DNA of 60,110 nt, taken from the IMG/VR virus record IMGVR_UViG_3300008110_000109, positions 1-60,110 of that record; one strand, given 5' to 3'. Each line of letters opens with the position of its first letter. The stretch's first letter is position 1. Under the pieces are notes generated by a model. It made no database searches. It saw only the letters and a program-made list of their open reading frames with translations, and was not told where the DNA came from. Of this stretch, positions 14,461 to 24,382 are shown one piece after another. The stretch is from a virus. Taxonomy: Duplodnaviria > Caudoviricetes. Made by a program: the position numbers and the translations under genes.

Positions 14461-15590
14461 TCACTCCAGCCTTCTTCCCAAACTTGAGGACCTTTCTTTG
14501 GCACAGCAAAATTAAGATACATCTCAACTTTTTCTAAATCGTCTTTTGATTTAAGACTTACTAGCTCATTGGCAAAGTGTAATTCAACACCGTTGTCTAT
14601 GGCAATTTGCAATAGTTCACTGCGTCTAGCTACATCATCTGTAAGACTATACATACTGCAAAGAACAATGCCGTCCGGTCTTTCTTTGATGTAGTGTTCT
14701 AATGCTGGCATCCAATCCATGTGTTCGTTTTCAAATTCATAGCTGGTGTACGAAATCTTGTTCTTTTGGCAGTAGGGTTCGATGATAGCACGTTGCATGG
14801 GCAAAGGTATGTCCTTGCTGAACTTACTGTTCCATCCTGCGTAGGTAATAAAACTCTTACCAGTATAGTCCATGGTCTGTGCAACTTCGTGGTCTCCAGG
14901 CAGACGCATAAAACCACCCGGCAGTCTACGACCCCATTCTTCACCTTCAATAAGAATACGCATGTCAAGACTTACTCTAGTATAGCCTTCTTCATTGTTT
15001 ACATTACCATGTAGATGTTCCTGAAAAAACAAATGACTCTGTCCAGGTTTAAGTGTCACTGGCCATGCGTGTTTTAAACATTCGTCTTCAAACTTTTCTA
15101 GGCTCCATTTTTCAGCTAGGACCTGTTTGGTTATTTCTCTGCTGATATCTAGATCCATGATCCACATAGTGTTAGTGCCACGAGCTTCAGTAAATGGTGT
15201 CCATATAGTTCTACAGCCACGACCATTGCCTACAAAGATGCCTTGATGAAACTGTAGTCTACGTCCTACTTTAGCTTGATGCGGGATCACAACTCGTAGT
15301 GTGCCCTGCCTCTGTATAAGAAATCGCTTGTTATTAATTCTCGAAGGAACGTATTCCGAAACAAATTTGTCAAACAGTTCCATAAAGTCTTTTCTACTAC
15401 AGGCATTTTGTACATGCTGACTCATTTTTACTATTTCGGCAGGGGACAGCACTTCATGAATTGTTTCTAGCTCTTTGACCTGCGGAGCTACTTCTTGTAC
15501 AACACTGAGTGCCCACTTCGGCCAATTATACTTTTCTAAATCGTAATCTAATGTATTATTATCCCAATGCTCGTGTATTTTACTTAACAT
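14457..15590 (-). CDS. StrG/PhyH-like 2OG-Fe(II) oxygenase fused to a small carbohydrate-cluster domain
   Basis: FHQG...WTP...HGNVNN...RVSLDMR; C-terminal PLPMQRAIIEPYC...LHFANE. Confidence 0.6.
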   Translation of the reverse strand: MLSKIHEHWDNNTLDYDLEKYNWPKWALSVVQEVAPQVKELETIHEVLSPAEIVKMSQHVQNACSRKDFMELFDKFVSEYVPSRINNKRFLIQRQGTLRVVIPHQAKVGRRLQFHQGIFVGNGRGCRTIWTPFTEARGTNTMWIMDLDISREITKQVLAEKWSLEKFEDECLKHAWPVTLKPGQSHLFFQEHLHGNVNNEEGYTRVSLDMRILIEGEEWGRRLPGGFMRLPGDHEVAQTMDYTGKSFITYAGWNSKFSKDIPLPMQRAIIEPYCQKNKISYTSYEFENEHMDWMPALEHYIKERPDGIVLCSMYSLTDDVARRSELLQIAIDNGVELHFANELVSLKSKDDLEKVEMYLNFAVPKKGPQVWEEGWSE

Positions 15591-15602
15591 CTACTTTCCC
15601 CT

Positions 15603-16658
15603 TTAAAAATAACTTTCTAATGTTCCTTTTCTCTTAACATCTAATGTTTGGCAGTGGAATCCGCCGCTCATAGTTCTAGCCTGACGGCAAGGTAATCCTA
15701 TGGTGTCTATGCCATACTTCTTAAGTTCTTTCATCATAGGACCTTGATTCTCGTCAATGATTACTAGATCTTTGTTTACACTCAGCATGTTCATGCCAAT
15801 CCACGGACTGCACGGAGGAATGCCGCCTGGCAGATTAGCCGGAGGTGTAACCATCATTTCTGGTGTGACCCAGATCTTATCCCAGTCTTTAAATATCTGT
15901 GGATAGTGATCAGGGCGAAGTCTAGCAGCGTTAAAGGCCACTAGTCCTGGACGTAACGGAATAACTGTAGAATCAAAGTGTGCAAAGAAGTAAAAGCCTT
16001 CTGCTAGATGCAGGTTGTATCCTCTAGGTTCTAATATGCTTTTGAGCCATTTGTATCCCCAAAGTGTTCCACTGTTTGAAACTTGGTACAATAGGTCTTT
16101 GCCTAGACGCACAATGTTAGGCGCTTCAAATACAATTTCTTTATCTAGTGTAGTAGGAGATTTAAGATCTTCAGTTTGATAAAGGTCGTCAAGCAGTATC
16201 GGTTTAGGGCCATTGATCCACTCAACTCCTTCTTCTACTTGTTGGTAGAGATAGTTGTAGTATGCTCTAGTCTCATACTGACGAGCCCGCATAGGACTAG
16301 GAGTTTCAATAATGATGTTGTCTAACGGCAACAACAAGTCTCTAGGACAAAATGTATACCATCCTGTGGTTTCCCAATCTGGGCTGGAGAATTTCTTGTT
16401 ATGATCAACACTGTGCGGTCTGTGTACTTTGATACCTAAACTGGTCAGTGTGTCTGCTAGGATTTGCAAATCCTCGTTACACTCATCGATAATACGTTGT
16501 TCATGTGGACCTTGAAGATGCTGGAGTTCTTCAAGAGTGTACTCTGCGTAACTAAATGCCTGTACGCTTTTATTCATAGTTGGAAGTACAGAATTATCTG
16601 CTGTACCTACAATAATTTCTTCTAACTGATCCCAATCGTTGTGCGAACTAACTGCCAT
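15603..16658 (-). CDS. Amidinotransferase (AGAT/StrB1 family)
   Basis: SHNDWDQLEEIIVG, CPRD, HFDST, GGFHCQTLD. Confidence 0.9.
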   Translation of the reverse strand: MAVSSHNDWDQLEEIIVGTADNSVLPTMNKSVQAFSYAEYTLEELQHLQGPHEQRIIDECNEDLQILADTLTSLGIKVHRPHSVDHNKKFSSPDWETTGWYTFCPRDLLLPLDNIIIETPSPMRARQYETRAYYNYLYQQVEEGVEWINGPKPILLDDLYQTEDLKSPTTLDKEIVFEAPNIVRLGKDLLYQVSNSGTLWGYKWLKSILEPRGYNLHLAEGFYFFAHFDSTVIPLRPGLVAFNAARLRPDHYPQIFKDWDKIWVTPEMMVTPPANLPGGIPPCSPWIGMNMLSVNKDLVIIDENQGPMMKELKKYGIDTIGLPCRQARTMSGGFHCQTLDVKRKGTLESYF

Positions 16659-17568
16659 TTTTTATCCTTTGTAATTCTGCTTTAAATTCATCTACTGTTA
16701 AATGCAAGTATCTGTGTAGACCTAGTCTATTCTTATCACCACCTCTACTATATGCTTGCCACTCTGCACCACCTAATCCAAACAATACTGTTTGACTAGG
16801 TTCAACTTCTAAAATATTACAAAACTCAATCTGCTGATCCTTGTATTTGTTTACAATGTAATCAGAGTTGTATAATTTTAAAAATTCTAATCCTAATCTT
16901 GCACCAATCCTATTAGTATAGTTGCTTTTGTTATAGACAAACAATACATCATCATCGTCTGTCCTTGTAAACCGCATACCAACCCTTGCATGAGCTAGAG
17001 GAAAAATCTTACTTAAACCAAAAGTAATATCAGTTATACATTTATAGGAAAAATCAAAATCAATTCCGTGACTCACAGAATAGTATGCACAGTCTACTAA
17101 CACAGGAACATTCAATTCTTCACAGACTTTGAGTAAGTCATCATGACTGACATGTTTGTTCCCAGTGTCGCTAAACGGCAGACTTATTACTACTGCGTCA
17201 TTGGTTTCTATATCTAGATCTTCAATGAACTTCCAATTGGGCCAGCTGTTGCGCCAGGCCAATTGATGATACATATATTCTGATCTAAAACATCTAAATC
17301 TTCTAGTGTTATTTTTAATATAGAATTTATCAAATGCTTCACTAGTGCCCTGCGAAAATACCACATGTGGGAATTCGTCTAGCGCCTTAATAGTGTGCAG
17401 TTTGGATTCAGTGATCCAGGTTTTATAGTAGTTACAGAAATCGTATACTACTTGTTCGTCGGCAAGTACGTCAGTTAACGATAGATTGATACTGTCCAAT
17501 GTTTCCATTGTACAGGGATCTTTTAAGTATGACGAATTGCCAAAAGGAAGTTGATATCTTGTGCTCAT
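16648..17568 (-). CDS. PLP-dependent aminotransferase-like (fold type I)
   Basis: LVDCAY, GLSK, RVG. Confidence 0.65.
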   Translation of the reverse strand: MSTRYQLPFGNSSYLKDPCTMETLDSINLSLTDVLADEQVVYDFCNYYKTWITESKLHTIKALDEFPHVVFSQGTSEAFDKFYIKNNTRRFRCFRSEYMYHQLAWRNSWPNWKFIEDLDIETNDAVVISLPFSDTGNKHVSHDDLLKVCEELNVPVLVDCAYYSVSHGIDFDFSYKCITDITFGLSKIFPLAHARVGMRFTRTDDDDVLFVYNKSNYTNRIGARLGLEFLKLYNSDYIVNKYKDQQIEFCNILEVEPSQTVLFGLGGAEWQAYSRGGDKNRLGLHRYLHLTVDEFKAELQRIKNGS

Positions 17569-17609
17569 AGTTTACCCCGAGTATTTAGCGGGTACTTTCT
17601 ATGGCATCC

Positions 17610-18944
17610 TCAATTTACGATTTGCATAGTGCCAATATTATTCACATGGTTAAAATTGTGTTCTATAATTGGCTGCATTTTATTATACAGCTCTTGTAGC
17701 TCATTAATTGACATTTTATCAATAGTGTCAATGAGTTTAAGAATAGCCAAAAGGCGCTGTTCGTGATCTTCAATTTGGTCGTAGCTCTCGTCCCAAAACT
17801 CTCCAAAAGTTTTGAACCCTAGTTTTTGCAAGTATTCTAAACTATGCGGGCCTGCTACTAGAATAAAAGGCCTGCCGCATTTAATAGCGTTAAATGTTTT
17901 TTCGCCTATCACTGATGTTGGCCTAAAGAATTCTGATTCGCAGACTACTGCACAAAATGCTTGACTATACACAGTAACTGGAATATCTAGTCCCATTGGA
18001 CAGTTGTGCATATTAGTAAATTCGTAGTTTGGAACAGTATGTCGTTCTCTGGCAACGTCTGTGGCATTAAACTCAATGTCAACTACTAACGGAGAATGAT
18101 CTTTAATAAACTGATCTCCTAATAGTAAGCTGTTCCAAATTGTAGGTTCACTTTCTTTCCATTGTTTAATATCAAAGTACGTTTGACAATTTTCTATAGA
18201 TGATAGGAATGCCCAGGAACAGGCTGCGCTACGATTGCACAGGAAAGTTTGGACTATCTGTCTATATGTTGTATATCTCCATGCCAGCGAAATAAATTTG
18301 TTCTTTATCAACGCTGAATCAAAATATACTGTCCATTCTTTATTGTAGCCAAAGCTATCAGTTGTAGAGCCAACAAGACTAGGCAAGAAAAAATTACGTG
18401 TATGTATTTTAAATTTAGGGTATAGTTGTTGGCAGTATTTAGAATTATTGTAGTCTAACACATAGCAGTTTACATTGATAAGATTGTTGTTAGCTATAAA
18501 TTTATCTATGCTGTCAAATTCAAAGCATCTTAATTTTTCTAAACATTCTTGAGTGCTAGGAAAGTCAAACACTATACCCTCATCTTCTATCCAAAGGTTT
18601 ATATAAAATTGCTTGCTTGCAGGACCTTGATAGAACAGGGGAACTTCATAGATGTAAATGTCTAGTCCTTCGCGATTAAGGAATTCTCTAGTAGCATCAT
18701 CATAGATAGTTTTTTCAAGTTGAATAATATTCCCATCAACATGCGCCATAAGCATGTTTCTTGATTCGTTATACAATTCTGTTTTAGAAAACTGAGATTC
18801 AAAATATTCAAAGAATGAATAACCTTGATGATCCTGCGGTGTTATAATAGATAGGTCTTCTAAAATTATTTTAGACACACCCCGAAATCTTTGATAGACA
18901 ATGCCAAAAAATGTATCATTGTCTTTGGCAATAATATTAGACAT
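17610..18944 (-). CDS. Putative glycosyltransferase-like protein
   Basis: VVCESE...GEKTFNAIKCGRPF...GFKTF...WDESYD. Confidence 0.45.
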   Translation of the reverse strand: MSNIIAKDNDTFFGIVYQRFRGVSKIILEDLSIITPQDHQGYSFFEYFESQFSKTELYNESRNMLMAHVDGNIIQLEKTIYDDATREFLNREGLDIYIYEVPLFYQGPASKQFYINLWIEDEGIVFDFPSTQECLEKLRCFEFDSIDKFIANNNLINVNCYVLDYNNSKYCQQLYPKFKIHTRNFFLPSLVGSTTDSFGYNKEWTVYFDSALIKNKFISLAWRYTTYRQIVQTFLCNRSAACSWAFLSSIENCQTYFDIKQWKESEPTIWNSLLLGDQFIKDHSPLVVDIEFNATDVARERHTVPNYEFTNMHNCPMGLDIPVTVYSQAFCAVVCESEFFRPTSVIGEKTFNAIKCGRPFILVAGPHSLEYLQKLGFKTFGEFWDESYDQIEDHEQRLLAILKLIDTIDKMSINELQELYNKMQPIIEHNFNHVNNIGTMQIVN

Positions 18945-19536
18945 CTAGATATGTAATTTGAAAGCAGACTAAATTTGAAAGTCCAAAGTTTCCAGCACCG
19001 TGCCACATGTCTCCCTGCCAAGTGTAGACATCGCCTTTTTTCCAATGCCCTATTACATCATTGCCTAGCTGAATAGTTTGACCAAAATTCCAGTCCGTTA
19101 TCATAATAGCAGCTCGTTTAATCTTACCATAGTCAGCTTGATTGATGTTTTGAAATTTTACAAATGCAGAAAAACTATCATAGTGCCACATAAGGCAGCA
19201 CCCCGGAGTAAGTTTTAACAGGGTGCAGTGATGTTTTGTATGTGCAAATTTATCTGCAAATCGCTTAAGGTCTCCGTGCAGTCTAGGAGTTATGTCCATA
19301 TAGTGTCTAGTACACTCTTTGGTTACACCATTATCTAAATATAGATCTTCTAGTGCAATTTTCTTTTCAGTAGAAAATACTTCCCAAGCATCATCTTTAG
19401 GAACTTCGTCGATCATGAAAGTTTCTTTCCAATCAGCAGTTAGCTCATGTTCGTTAATAGTAATATCAAAATGGTATTTGTCATATGTTCCGTCACGCCA
19501 ATTAACGAAACTAGGTAGTTGTGTTATATCAGTCAC
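18937..19536 (-). CDS. 2OG-Fe(II) oxygenase/cupin-like protein
   Basis: WHYD...WHGAGN. Confidence 0.65.
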   Translation of the reverse strand: MTDITQLPSFVNWRDGTYDKYHFDITINEHELTADWKETFMIDEVPKDDAWEVFSTEKKIALEDLYLDNGVTKECTRHYMDITPRLHGDLKRFADKFAHTKHHCTLLKLTPGCCLMWHYDSFSAFVKFQNINQADYGKIKRAAIMITDWNFGQTIQLGNDVIGHWKKGDVYTWQGDMWHGAGNFGLSNLVCFQITYLDV

Positions 19537-20476
19537 AATGCGATTCCTTAAGATGATTTATTAAGTATTGTTTATTTTCAACATTAATAAGTTTTAGATG
19601 TTCTATCATTAGATGCTTATCTTCAGCTGACAGGTTTTTTATATCTAATTTGCTAGGATAGGTTAAGATGTTTGTAGTCCATGCATAGGAATTTTCTACA
19701 ATCCAAGAACTTATATTAGGTAGGTCCAACCAATTGTTTGTATGTATAGTAGTGTGTATTGAAAATTTAAAAGAATTATCAGTAAGCTGCTTTAAAAAAT
19801 CTTCTATGCTTTGCCAATTACTACCAGACCTTACACGGTCATTAACTTCTTTATAGCCGTCAACACTTACAATAAATTCTACTAACTTAAATTTTTTTAA
19901 TAAATTTATAGTATCTGCACTTAACAGAAAAGTACCGTTGGTGTTATAGGTAACTGAAACCTGTTGTTTGTTAATTATTTTTTGAAGAAATCTAATGTGT
20001 CTATTTGTCATCAGCGGTTCGCCGCCCAGAAACAAAACTTTGTTAATTGTTTGGGGAATAGATTCTATTTCAGATGTTGCAGTAATGTAAAACTTTTTTG
20101 ACTGTCCTGGATTATCTTTTTCAGCCCACGAACTGCTAAATTCGCCAAAGCAGCCATCACAGGTTAAATTACAGATGTTGTCAAAGCCTACTTCAAAGTA
20201 TTCTAGAGCAACAGTATCATTAGTATACGTTGCATTAAACTTTTGTCGAAGACTTTCTTTACCTAGGCTTTCTTCATAATAGCATTTTTCACAGCCTTTA
20301 ATCGGAATGCCTTTTAAACTCATTTCTCTTAAACTGTGATACTCTGGTAAATTTAAAACATTGTCTAGGTCGCCATCAAATTTAGACACTGGTTCTTTAA
20401 AACGACAACAGGGAAATATTCTGTTATCTCCTCTTAAGTTAGTGTGTTTCCAAAAAGCAGCGCAGTATGAATTCAT
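19529..20476 (-). CDS. Radical SAM protein with N-terminal twitch/SPASM-like Cys cluster
   Basis: CNLTCDGC, GGEP, PCC...CEKC. Confidence 0.9.
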   Translation of the reverse strand: MNSYCAAFWKHTNLRGDNRIFPCCRFKEPVSKFDGDLDNVLNLPEYHSLREMSLKGIPIKGCEKCYYEESLGKESLRQKFNATYTNDTVALEYFEVGFDNICNLTCDGCFGEFSSSWAEKDNPGQSKKFYITATSEIESIPQTINKVLFLGGEPLMTNRHIRFLQKIINKQQVSVTYNTNGTFLLSADTINLLKKFKLVEFIVSVDGYKEVNDRVRSGSNWQSIEDFLKQLTDNSFKFSIHTTIHTNNWLDLPNISSWIVENSYAWTTNILTYPSKLDIKNLSAEDKHLMIEHLKLINVENKQYLINHLKESHCD

Positions 20477-21372
20477 AATAAATCAGATTTAGTTTTTTCA
20501 GCAGGCGCTATATGAATAAGCACTTCTTGATGATTGGCTGGGCACAGCTTACATTGTTCAATACTGTTAGGTAAATTATTTAAAAAGTTGTCAATTACTT
20601 TTTGGTCAGCCCATGGATCTAGACCTATAGTGCGATCTAATATTTCTCTAGATTTTGAATCTACAGCAAACTGTTCTTTTAGCAGTTGGCCAACACCTGC
20701 TACAAGGCATTTGTAAAGTATGCCTTCAACTAGATAATGGCACTCTTTCCATGCACAAGTTTCGTGAGCTTGTTCTTGATCGCTGTCATGAAAATAGATT
20801 ACTTTATTTTCAATTCTGTTTATAGCACTTTCTGCAAAGATCCAAGAGAAGTTTATAATGACTATGTTATGTCCTTGATACGAAAAGAACAACTGATCTT
20901 GCGGCCAACGATTATTGATCATTTGACATTCGTTCTTTATATTAAGATCTTCAAAGTATTCTTTTAAAATTACATTTTGTACTACATCAATAATTTCATT
21001 TTTCTCGTTTGAATCATGCACACTTATTTCTAATATGATTCCTGCTTTTAACAATTTTTTAATTAAAGGAACTTTAGCTAACAGCATATCTTTGCTTACG
21101 CCTGTGACTAGTCTAAAATCTTTGAGGTCTTTCCATATATCTTTTAAACCTAAAGCCCAATCTTCTACTTGTGGGTGCAATAAAGGCTCGCCGCCCATTA
21201 TACTAAATTCTTCTACATCCAACAGTTCGTGCCACTTTTCGGCAGCAGCTTTATTGTTTTCCCACTTAAGGTGATTTTTAAATTTAAAATTATTAAAGGT
21301 AGAACATTCTTTGCAGGTCTTTGGACATACGTTTGTAATGTAATAGGATAAGAATTTTATTGGGTGGCGCAT
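20473..21372 (-). CDS. Radical SAM protein
   Basis: CPKTCKEC, GGEPLLHP. Confidence 0.85.
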   Translation of the reverse strand: MRHPIKFLSYYITNVCPKTCKECSTFNNFKFKNHLKWENNKAAAEKWHELLDVEEFSIMGGEPLLHPQVEDWALGLKDIWKDLKDFRLVTGVSKDMLLAKVPLIKKLLKAGIILEISVHDSNEKNEIIDVVQNVILKEYFEDLNIKNECQMINNRWPQDQLFFSYQGHNIVIINFSWIFAESAINRIENKVIYFHDSDQEQAHETCAWKECHYLVEGILYKCLVAGVGQLLKEQFAVDSKSREILDRTIGLDPWADQKVIDNFLNNLPNSIEQCKLCPANHQEVLIHIAPAEKTKSDLL

Positions 21373-21908
21373 ATTTTTCCTTCGGCATCTTCAAAGAATT
21401 TAAGATTAGGTTCTGTAGCATGTTCGTCGCACGAAGTATATTTCCATCCTTGTCCGCGAGTAGTCCCTGGATGCCCACATTTTTCACAGGTTATCCGACT
21501 CATAGATACAGCTAATAAAATCATTCCGTGAATTACGTCGTTACCGCCTTTATATGAAATAGTAAGACTGCCTGCGTGTTCGTCTATTTTATCAATGACT
21601 AACGGAGTACATACAGGATTAACTATCCTAGGACCGTTAAGTAATATCAACTCTCTCATTTTGTTTTTTGCAGTTGTGTCCCAATTATAATAGTACTGAT
21701 CAAACAATTCCCAGTTGCCTTGTTGACAGGATAAAAACATATGATTAAATCGAATATCACTTCTATATCTATTTTCTGTAACAGTATTATAATATGTAAT
21801 TTGATCAAATAATCTATCTAGAATTGATGCCCATCCTTGACCGCAGAAAAAAGTAGTTGATTCTGTAAAAAAATAATGATATTTCGATTTTATATCTTCA
21901 ATGTGCAT
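21357..21908 (-). CDS. Hypothetical protein with C-terminal zinc finger (paralog of 50833-51303)
   Basis: GQGW...CEKCGHPG...CDEH. Confidence 0.7.
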   Translation of the reverse strand: MHIEDIKSKYHYFFTESTTFFCGQGWASILDRLFDQITYYNTVTENRYRSDIRFNHMFLSCQQGNWELFDQYYYNWDTTAKNKMRELILLNGPRIVNPVCTPLVIDKIDEHAGSLTISYKGGNDVIHGMILLAVSMSRITCEKCGHPGTTRGQGWKYTSCDEHATEPNLKFFEDAEGKICATQ

Positions 21909-21954
21909 ATTTCAAAATTGTTAGTGTCCTATATTTAGCTGGTAAATATCCCGT

Positions 21955-22842
21955 ATGTTTAAAATATTAATTACAGGGTCATCAGGTTTTATAGGACAAC
22001 ACTTGTTGCACTATCTGCGTGTGCAGGGATATACAGTTATTCCTGCCGACATCAAAGACGGTATAGACCTTACCCAAGAACACGTTGTTAAAAATCTACC
22101 AGATGTTGACATTGTTATCCATTTGGCTGCTTACAATGGGACCAAACATTTTTACGACAAGCCGTTTGATGTTATTAGGAATAGCGTACTGCCCACACAA
22201 TATTTGTTAGAAAGGTACAGCGGCAAAGTTAAAAGATTTATCTTTGCAGGGACCTGCGAAAGTTATGCAGGCGCAGTTGATATATTTGATTGGCCTGTGC
22301 CCACAGACGAAACTGTACCTCTAGTAGTTGGAGATGTTAAAAATCCGCGATGGAGTTACGGTGGTAGTAAAATTGTTAATGAGTTACAGGTTATTGCAGC
22401 TCACGAACAATTAGGTCAAGAGTATACAATAATTAGATATCATAATGTATTTGGACCAAATCAAGTTGATCATTTTATACCAGAATTTATTGATCGTGCT
22501 AAAACTGGCGACTACACTTTAAAAGGCTATTTAAACACTAGAAGCTTTATGTATATAGATGACGCTGTTGAAGCTACTAGACTAATAATAGAAAGTGATA
22601 AAATAAAAAATCAAATTATTAATGTGGGCAACGATAAAGAAATTAAGATATTAGATGTCGCTAATATGATATTAGATCTCATAGATGTTAAATCACCTCT
22701 AGTTTTATACCCGGAGCCACTAGGCTCTGTGAAAAGAAGATGCCCTGATATTAAAAAGTTAAAATCATTAGGATTTAAAAGTAAAATTACACTACTACAG
22801 GGATTAATGAAAGTAATGGAGTCACAATGCAAATTGGAATAA
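21955..22842 (+). CDS. NAD-dependent nucleotide-sugar epimerase/dehydratase
   Basis: GSSGFIG, HLAA, YGGSK. Confidence 0.9.
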   Translation: MFKILITGSSGFIGQHLLHYLRVQGYTVIPADIKDGIDLTQEHVVKNLPDVDIVIHLAAYNGTKHFYDKPFDVIRNSVLPTQYLLERYSGKVKRFIFAGTCESYAGAVDIFDWPVPTDETVPLVVGDVKNPRWSYGGSKIVNELQVIAAHEQLGQEYTIIRYHNVFGPNQVDHFIPEFIDRAKTGDYTLKGYLNTRSFMYIDDAVEATRLIIESDKIKNQIINVGNDKEIKILDVANMILDLIDVKSPLVLYPEPLGSVKRRCPDIKKLKSLGFKSKITLLQGLMKVMESQCKLE

Positions 22843-23618
22843 TTGGGTTAGGAGTAGTAGGGTCGGCCTGCAAGACTGGGTTTGAAATCCTAGGGCATAC
22901 TGTAAAGTTCCACGACCCTAAACATAAGACAAATATTTCTGATTTAAAAGACACAGAGATTGCCTATGTATGCGTACCTACTCCTAATAGACAAGACGGT
23001 AGCTGTGATATTTCAATTGTAGAAAAGTCAATACAAGAATTAGAAAAGATTGACTATCGAGGCATAGTTGCTATGCGTAGCACCAACGAACCCGGAACTA
23101 TTGATAAACTTCAAAAAAATACACATCTCAGATTGTGTGTAGTGCCAGAGTTTTTAAAAGAACGATATGCCACTGAAGACTTTATTAAAAATCATAACTT
23201 ATTAGTTGTAGGCTGCTACGATACGGATGTGTTTAATACTGTGGTTAAGAGTCACGGATATTTTCCAAAACACATCAAGATGATGACTCCATCCGAAGCA
23301 GAGATTTTGAAATATTATTCAAACGTGTATAATGCATTACGAGTAGTGTTTGCTAACCTTATGTATGAAGTATGTAATGTATCTGGTGCAGACTATGATA
23401 AGATCAAAGAAACTTTTATGTTGCGTGGAACTAGTTCAGGTAACTACCTAGATTGTAGTGAAAATTTAAGAGGCTTTGGCGGCATGTGTTTACCCAAAGA
23501 TACTAAAGCACTTAATGCATTTTTAAAAAAACACAATATCGATTTTAGTTTACTAGATTCAGTTCTAGAAGATAATGCAAAAGTAAAGTCAACAATTTTT
23601 CCAGGAATGCGACAATGA
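22827..23618 (+). CDS. UDP-glucose/GDP-mannose dehydrogenase family (short form)
   Basis: GLGVVG, CVPTP, PEFL, GFGGMCLPKD. Confidence 0.9.
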   Translation: MQIGIIGLGVVGSACKTGFEILGHTVKFHDPKHKTNISDLKDTEIAYVCVPTPNRQDGSCDISIVEKSIQELEKIDYRGIVAMRSTNEPGTIDKLQKNTHLRLCVVPEFLKERYATEDFIKNHNLLVVGCYDTDVFNTVVKSHGYFPKHIKMMTPSEAEILKYYSNVYNALRVVFANLMYEVCNVSGADYDKIKETFMLRGTSSGNYLDCSENLRGFGGMCLPKDTKALNAFLKKHNIDFSLLDSVLEDNAKVKSTIFPGMRQ

Positions 23619-24382
23619 TTTCTGAAGAGTGTATTAATTTTTATAATAGTAACAAAGATAAGACATGGGAAATGGTTCCTCCTATCGAGGGCGATAATAT
23701 CACAGTAGCTAATTGGATACTTAATAATGTTGACTTTGGCTGGATTGAATTAGACCTAGAGTTTGATCTAGACAGATGGAAAGTAGAAGCATCAAAATGT
23801 ACTCCATGGTTAGTTGCACATCGGGAATCTAATAACAGTGGCTGGAACAGTTGTTGTCTCCACGGGATAGATATTAATAAAACTGGTGCATGGAGTAACT
23901 ACGGATACACCAACGAAGCAGATGTTCCGTACAAATGGACAGCACTATCAGGTTATACTCCGTCAATAGAAAACTTCTGGAAGAATACTTTCCCCAGCGA
24001 ACAATACAGACGTATACGATTTATGGAACTAGCAGTAGATTCTGCTATTACACCGCACAGTGACATGCCTGGTAGATTACCTGGCGAAGATAACTTTAAT
24101 GCTCTAGAGTTTGGCATACCTATCAACATAGCAGTTGTACATCCGCAAGACTGCCATATGGTACTTGAGGGCAAGGGCGTTGTTCCATTTAAAGAAGGAC
24201 GAGCGTTCATTGTTAATATTAGGCATACCCATTCTGTGATCAATTTTTCAAAGACTCCCCGAATGCACGTAATTGGACACAGTTATGGTTATGGCAATAG
24301 ATTAAATGAGTTTGCGGAATTAGTTGTTAGAAGTTATAATAAGCAATATGATAAAATTTCCAGCAATAGAAAAATCTTGTAA
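23615..24382 (+). CDS. Asp/Asn beta-hydroxylase-like 2OG-Fe(II) oxygenase
   Basis: PHSD...HSVIN...RMH. Confidence 0.7.
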   Translation: MISEECINFYNSNKDKTWEMVPPIEGDNITVANWILNNVDFGWIELDLEFDLDRWKVEASKCTPWLVAHRESNNSGWNSCCLHGIDINKTGAWSNYGYTNEADVPYKWTALSGYTPSIENFWKNTFPSEQYRRIRFMELAVDSAITPHSDMPGRLPGEDNFNALEFGIPINIAVVHPQDCHMVLEGKGVVPFKEGRAFIVNIRHTHSVINFSKTPRMHVIGHSYGYGNRLNEFAELVVRSYNKQYDKISSNRKIL

